Of a stretch of 27,584 bases of DNA, positions 24,708 to 27,584 are shown piece by piece. The DNA is taken from contig WAKA01000048.1 of NCBI GenBank assembly GCA_015523565.1, forward strand, positions 1 through 27,584, written 5' to 3'. Position 1 is the first letter of the stretch. Every line of letters starts with the position of its first letter. A model generated the notes under the pieces. The model ran no database searches. It was not told the DNA's origin and saw nothing but the letters and a program-made list of their open reading frames with translations. Origin of the DNA: Candidatus Heimdallarchaeota archaeon. GTDB taxonomy: Archaea; Asgardarchaeota; Heimdallarchaeia; Heimdallarchaeales; Kariarchaeaceae. The translations under genes and the position numbers were made by a program.

Positions 24708-27221
24708 ATGAGCATTAACTCACCAAACTACGCAACGGCTGATGCAAAACCCCAATGGATCCCAGAGCATACCGTTGAGCCATTGCACATTAAATTTGAA
24801 TTAACAATTTTTCCTGAGGAAGAAAGGCTTGAAGGGAAAGTGACACATCATTTCAAATTTTTGGAGGATTTCACATCACCACTGAAATTGAATGCCCAAA
24901 GCCTAATAATCCACAAAGTTACAGAGAATGGAAAGGAACTGGAATTCTCAAACACAGGAGAGCATTTGGAAATTGATGTCAATGCAAAAAAGGGGGATGA
25001 AAAACAAATTGTCATTTCATACGAGGCTATCAAACCTAGAGCAGGCATTTATTTTGTGAATCCAGATAATGCATATCCAAATATTAGCCAACAAGTATGG
25101 ACTCAAGGACAGGATGAAGACACTCAATTCTATGCACCAGTCTTGGACAACCCGATCTGGAAATCCACAACAGAAGTGATTGGAAAAATCCCGAAAAATT
25201 GGACAAGTCTTTCCAATGGGGATTTGATTTCAGATAAAACAGAAGGAAATTGGCGGATAATGCATTGGAAATTTAATTTCAAGCATTCAGTGTATTTAGT
25301 CACCTTTGCGGCGGGAGACCTGTTCATGCATGAAGAAGAGGCAGATGGTATCAAAATTAGGTGGTACGCCCAGAAGGGAAGAGAAAAGGAAGCCGAAAAT
25401 GCCTATAGGGAAACTGGAAAGATATTGAAATTTTTTTCAGAATATACTAAATTCCCCTATCCTTATGGAAGCTATTCCCAATGGTCTGCATCAAGATTTA
25501 TTTTCGGGGGAATGGAAAACACCAGTGCCACGACCCAAACAGATTTGACGTTAAGAGATAACAGGGCAACTTTGGATTCAACATCGTCAGACCTTGTTGC
25601 ACATGAGGCCGCCCATCAATGGTTTGGCGATTGGATTACAGCAAAATCCTGGAGCCATGCATGGTTGCATGAATCTTTTGCCACCTATTTCAACGCCCTT
25701 TATGTTGAGCATTCCCTTGGCAAGGAAGAGTTTGCATATCGCATGCTTCAAAATGCAGAAGCGTATTTCAATGAAAACAAGAGATTATACAAACGTCCCA
25801 TTGTGACAAACATCTATGCAGAACCTATTGACATTTTTGATGCCCATCTATACCCAGGAGGTAGTTGGAGAGTTCACATGCTTCGGAGGATTTTAGGAGA
25901 GGAAAACTTTCGGGAAGGATTGAGATTATATCTTGAAAGACATGGTCAGAGCCATGTGGAAACAATAGACCTTGCAAGAGCATTCGAAGAAGTATCAGGA
26001 AAACCACTTGACTGGTTTTTTGACCAATGGCTTTTCAAAGCAGGTTTTCCAATTTTTGAAATTACCTATAATTGGGATGAAAAGTCAAAGATGGCAAAAT
26101 TGAATATTGTTCAAAGCCAGAAAGTGGATAAAAAAACAAATGATGTAGTAGAAGTTTTCCGTGTACCTACGTCAGTACAATTTGCATTGAATGGCAAAAA
26201 AATTGAGTTTCCAATAGAAATTAATGGAAAAGAGCAGACATTCTTTTTCACTTTGCCAGAAAAACCAAAATATGTCCGATTTGATCCAAAAGGGGATGTC
26301 CTCTGTAAAGTCAAATTCAAGAAAAGTCAAGAGATGCTTATCTCTCAGTTACAAAATGATGAAGAAATTATTGGACAGATAAGAGCGATTGAAGAATTGG
26401 CAAAGAAACCAAATCCAGAAGTTTTAAAGGCATTGGAAGAAAAACTTAGTCAAGACAGCACCTTTTGGGGAGTTAAAGAGCGCATTGCCAAAGCGCTAGG
26501 CAACATTGCTAATGAGGAAGCTAAACAAATTTTGTTGAGGAGATTGCAAGAGAAACATCCAAAAGCAAGAAGGGCAATAGTAGCCTCCCTTTCGGCATTC
26601 ACAGAAGATAAAGAGGTTGGAGACGCCTTGGTTGACGCAATAGAAAAAGGAGATGAATCATACTTTGTTGAGGCAGAACTATTGCGATCACTTGGATATA
26701 TTAGGGACACTAGGGCTTTGGAAATGATACCAAAAGGGATGAAAAAGGAGACATACAATGATATTGCCATAATCAAGGGACTTCAAGGCCTTGCAGAGCT
26801 TAAAACCGAACAGGTATTTGACATTGTGGCAGAATATGCAAAATATGGGATGCCAGAGTTGGGTAGGAATGAAGCAGTCAGACTTCTTGGAAAGTTGGGT
26901 CATGTATTGCCTTCGCGAACAGATAAAGCGTTGGATCTTTTGAAGAAATATTCAAAGGACAAATTGTTTAGAGTGAAACTTGCCTGCATAACTGCCTTGC
27001 AAGAACTTGGAGACCCAAGGGGACTACAAATCCTTGAGGATTTGAAACTCAAAGAGGCAGATGGCAGAATCAGAAAAATGGCATATTTCGCCAAAAACAA
27101 AATCAACAAATCGTTGAAAAAACCTGAAGAACTTAAAGTCATACAGGATAAAATTGAAGAATTGACAAAAGAAAATATTAAGCTTAGGGAAAGATTAGAC
27201 AAAATTGAAAATAGTAGTTAA
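24708..27221 (+). CDS. pepN: M1 family zinc aminopeptidase with C-terminal HEAT repeats and coiled coil
   Basis: GGMEN and HEAAH-x18-E (HEAAHQWFGDWITAKSWSHAWLHE), C-terminal HEAT repeats, terminal heptads. The alternative start is 24681. Confidence 0.93.
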   Translation: MSINSPNYATADAKPQWIPEHTVEPLHIKFELTIFPEEERLEGKVTHHFKFLEDFTSPLKLNAQSLIIHKVTENGKELEFSNTGEHLEIDVNAKKGDEKQIVISYEAIKPRAGIYFVNPDNAYPNISQQVWTQGQDEDTQFYAPVLDNPIWKSTTEVIGKIPKNWTSLSNGDLISDKTEGNWRIMHWKFNFKHSVYLVTFAAGDLFMHEEEADGIKIRWYAQKGREKEAENAYRETGKILKFFSEYTKFPYPYGSYSQWSASRFIFGGMENTSATTQTDLTLRDNRATLDSTSSDLVAHEAAHQWFGDWITAKSWSHAWLHESFATYFNALYVEHSLGKEEFAYRMLQNAEAYFNENKRLYKRPIVTNIYAEPIDIFDAHLYPGGSWRVHMLRRILGEENFREGLRLYLERHGQSHVETIDLARAFEEVSGKPLDWFFDQWLFKAGFPIFEITYNWDEKSKMAKLNIVQSQKVDKKTNDVVEVFRVPTSVQFALNGKKIEFPIEINGKEQTFFFTLPEKPKYVRFDPKGDVLCKVKFKKSQEMLISQLQNDEEIIGQIRAIEELAKKPNPEVLKALEEKLSQDSTFWGVKERIAKALGNIANEEAKQILLRRLQEKHPKARRAIVASLSAFTEDKEVGDALVDAIEKGDESYFVEAELLRSLGYIRDTRALEMIPKGMKKETYNDIAIIKGLQGLAELKTEQVFDIVAEYAKYGMPELGRNEAVRLLGKLGHVLPSRTDKALDLLKKYSKDKLFRVKLACITALQELGDPRGLQILEDLKLKEADGRIRKMAYFAKNKINKSLKKPEELKVIQDKIEELTKENIKLRERLDKIENSS

Positions 27222-27228
27222 TCCTTAA

Positions 27229-27282
27229 CAGGATCAGAAAGGAGGTTAGCAAAGGGAGCCATCAGGCATCATTCTGATCCTG
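27229..27282. other. Stem-loop between convergent genes (terminator or structured RNA)
   Basis: Perfect 11-bp inverted repeat CAGGATCAGAA (27229-27239) / TTCTGATCCTG (27272-27282). Confidence 0.6.
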
Positions 27283-27301
27283 CAACATCACGAGGTGACC
27301 C

Positions 27302-27421
27302 TTATGCATTATGTTTCTTTCGGGTTACAAGGCCTTTATATTGTTTGAATTGAGTTTTATTTTTCTTGAGCATGTCAAGTTCCACATTGGCGAGAGCGAG
27401 GTATAAATTCACATAGTCCAT
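27302..27421 (-). CDS. Putative 39-aa basic microprotein
   Basis: MDYVNLYLALANVELDMLKKNKTQFKQYKGLVTRKKHNA*. It is preceded by the archaeal SD-like GGAAGTGA and an AT-rich promoter-like region. Confidence 0.55.
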   Translation of the reverse strand: MDYVNLYLALANVELDMLKKNKTQFKQYKGLVTRKKHNA

Positions 27422-27584
27422 ATTATCACTTCCTAATACAACATACCCCAGACAAATATAAAAATATTCTCATAAATTGAGAAACATAACTCAAAAAATA
27501 AAATAATAGTTTTACAGATATTGTAAAAAAAACCACATATTTTTAGATTTTTACATAATTCCCTATTTCTAAGCATGTATATGC

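Noticed and set aside
314-27202. Numerous 60-180 aa antisense or alternative-frame ORFs in the track (e.g. 3919-4404, 4964-5503, 20033-20530, 21370-21912)
   Set aside because: They are shadows of well-supported genes and carry no recognisable motifs.
24708-27221. M1+HEAT protein as a TAF2-like eukaryotic signature protein
   Set aside because: The GGMEN and HEXXH-x18-E motifs are intact, and this architecture also occurs in bacterial aminopeptidases.
27229-27298. SECIS, fluoride riboswitch or hammerhead ribozyme
   Set aside because: Neither adjacent ORF has an in-frame TGA. The 5' GGNGAUGG element of the fluoride aptamer is missing, and CUGAUGG does not match the hammerhead CUGANGA core.

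Overview
AT-rich archaeal chromosomal window. It is most consistent with an Asgard archaeon (possibly Heimdallarchaeia), inferred from a Rab-like small GTPase with no prenylation tail, an archaeal TFS/RpoM-type zinc ribbon, a ThiR-type HTH-ThiN regulator, PGF-like C-terminal sorting tails and a tRNA without encoded CCA. The left ~4.8 kb looks accessory: an unknown wHTH-tailed protein, an unannotated 45-aa membrane microprotein, an orphan HNH nuclease, tRNA-Cys(GCA), a TFS paralogue missing its catalytic C-terminal zinc ribbon, and a coiled-coil PD-(D/E)XK nuclease with a 3x63-bp repeat. The rest carries an extended SDR, a degenerate dihydropyrimidinase-like pseudoenzyme, a three-repeat surface protein, a DUF151 protein, thiR divergent from thiBPQ plus an SDR, the Rab-like GTPase, a wHTH protein, a GNAT, a YtcJ-like amidohydrolase, a B12-binding radical SAM enzyme, a HEAT protein, a heterodimeric ABC exporter and an M1 aminopeptidase with HEAT repeats. 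I found no integrase, transposase, CRISPR array or riboswitch. The best novelty candidates are the truncated TFS with an acidic tail inside a nuclease-rich tRNA islet and the CRMP-like pseudo-amidohydrolase. All family calls come from motif recognition by eye, with no database searches.
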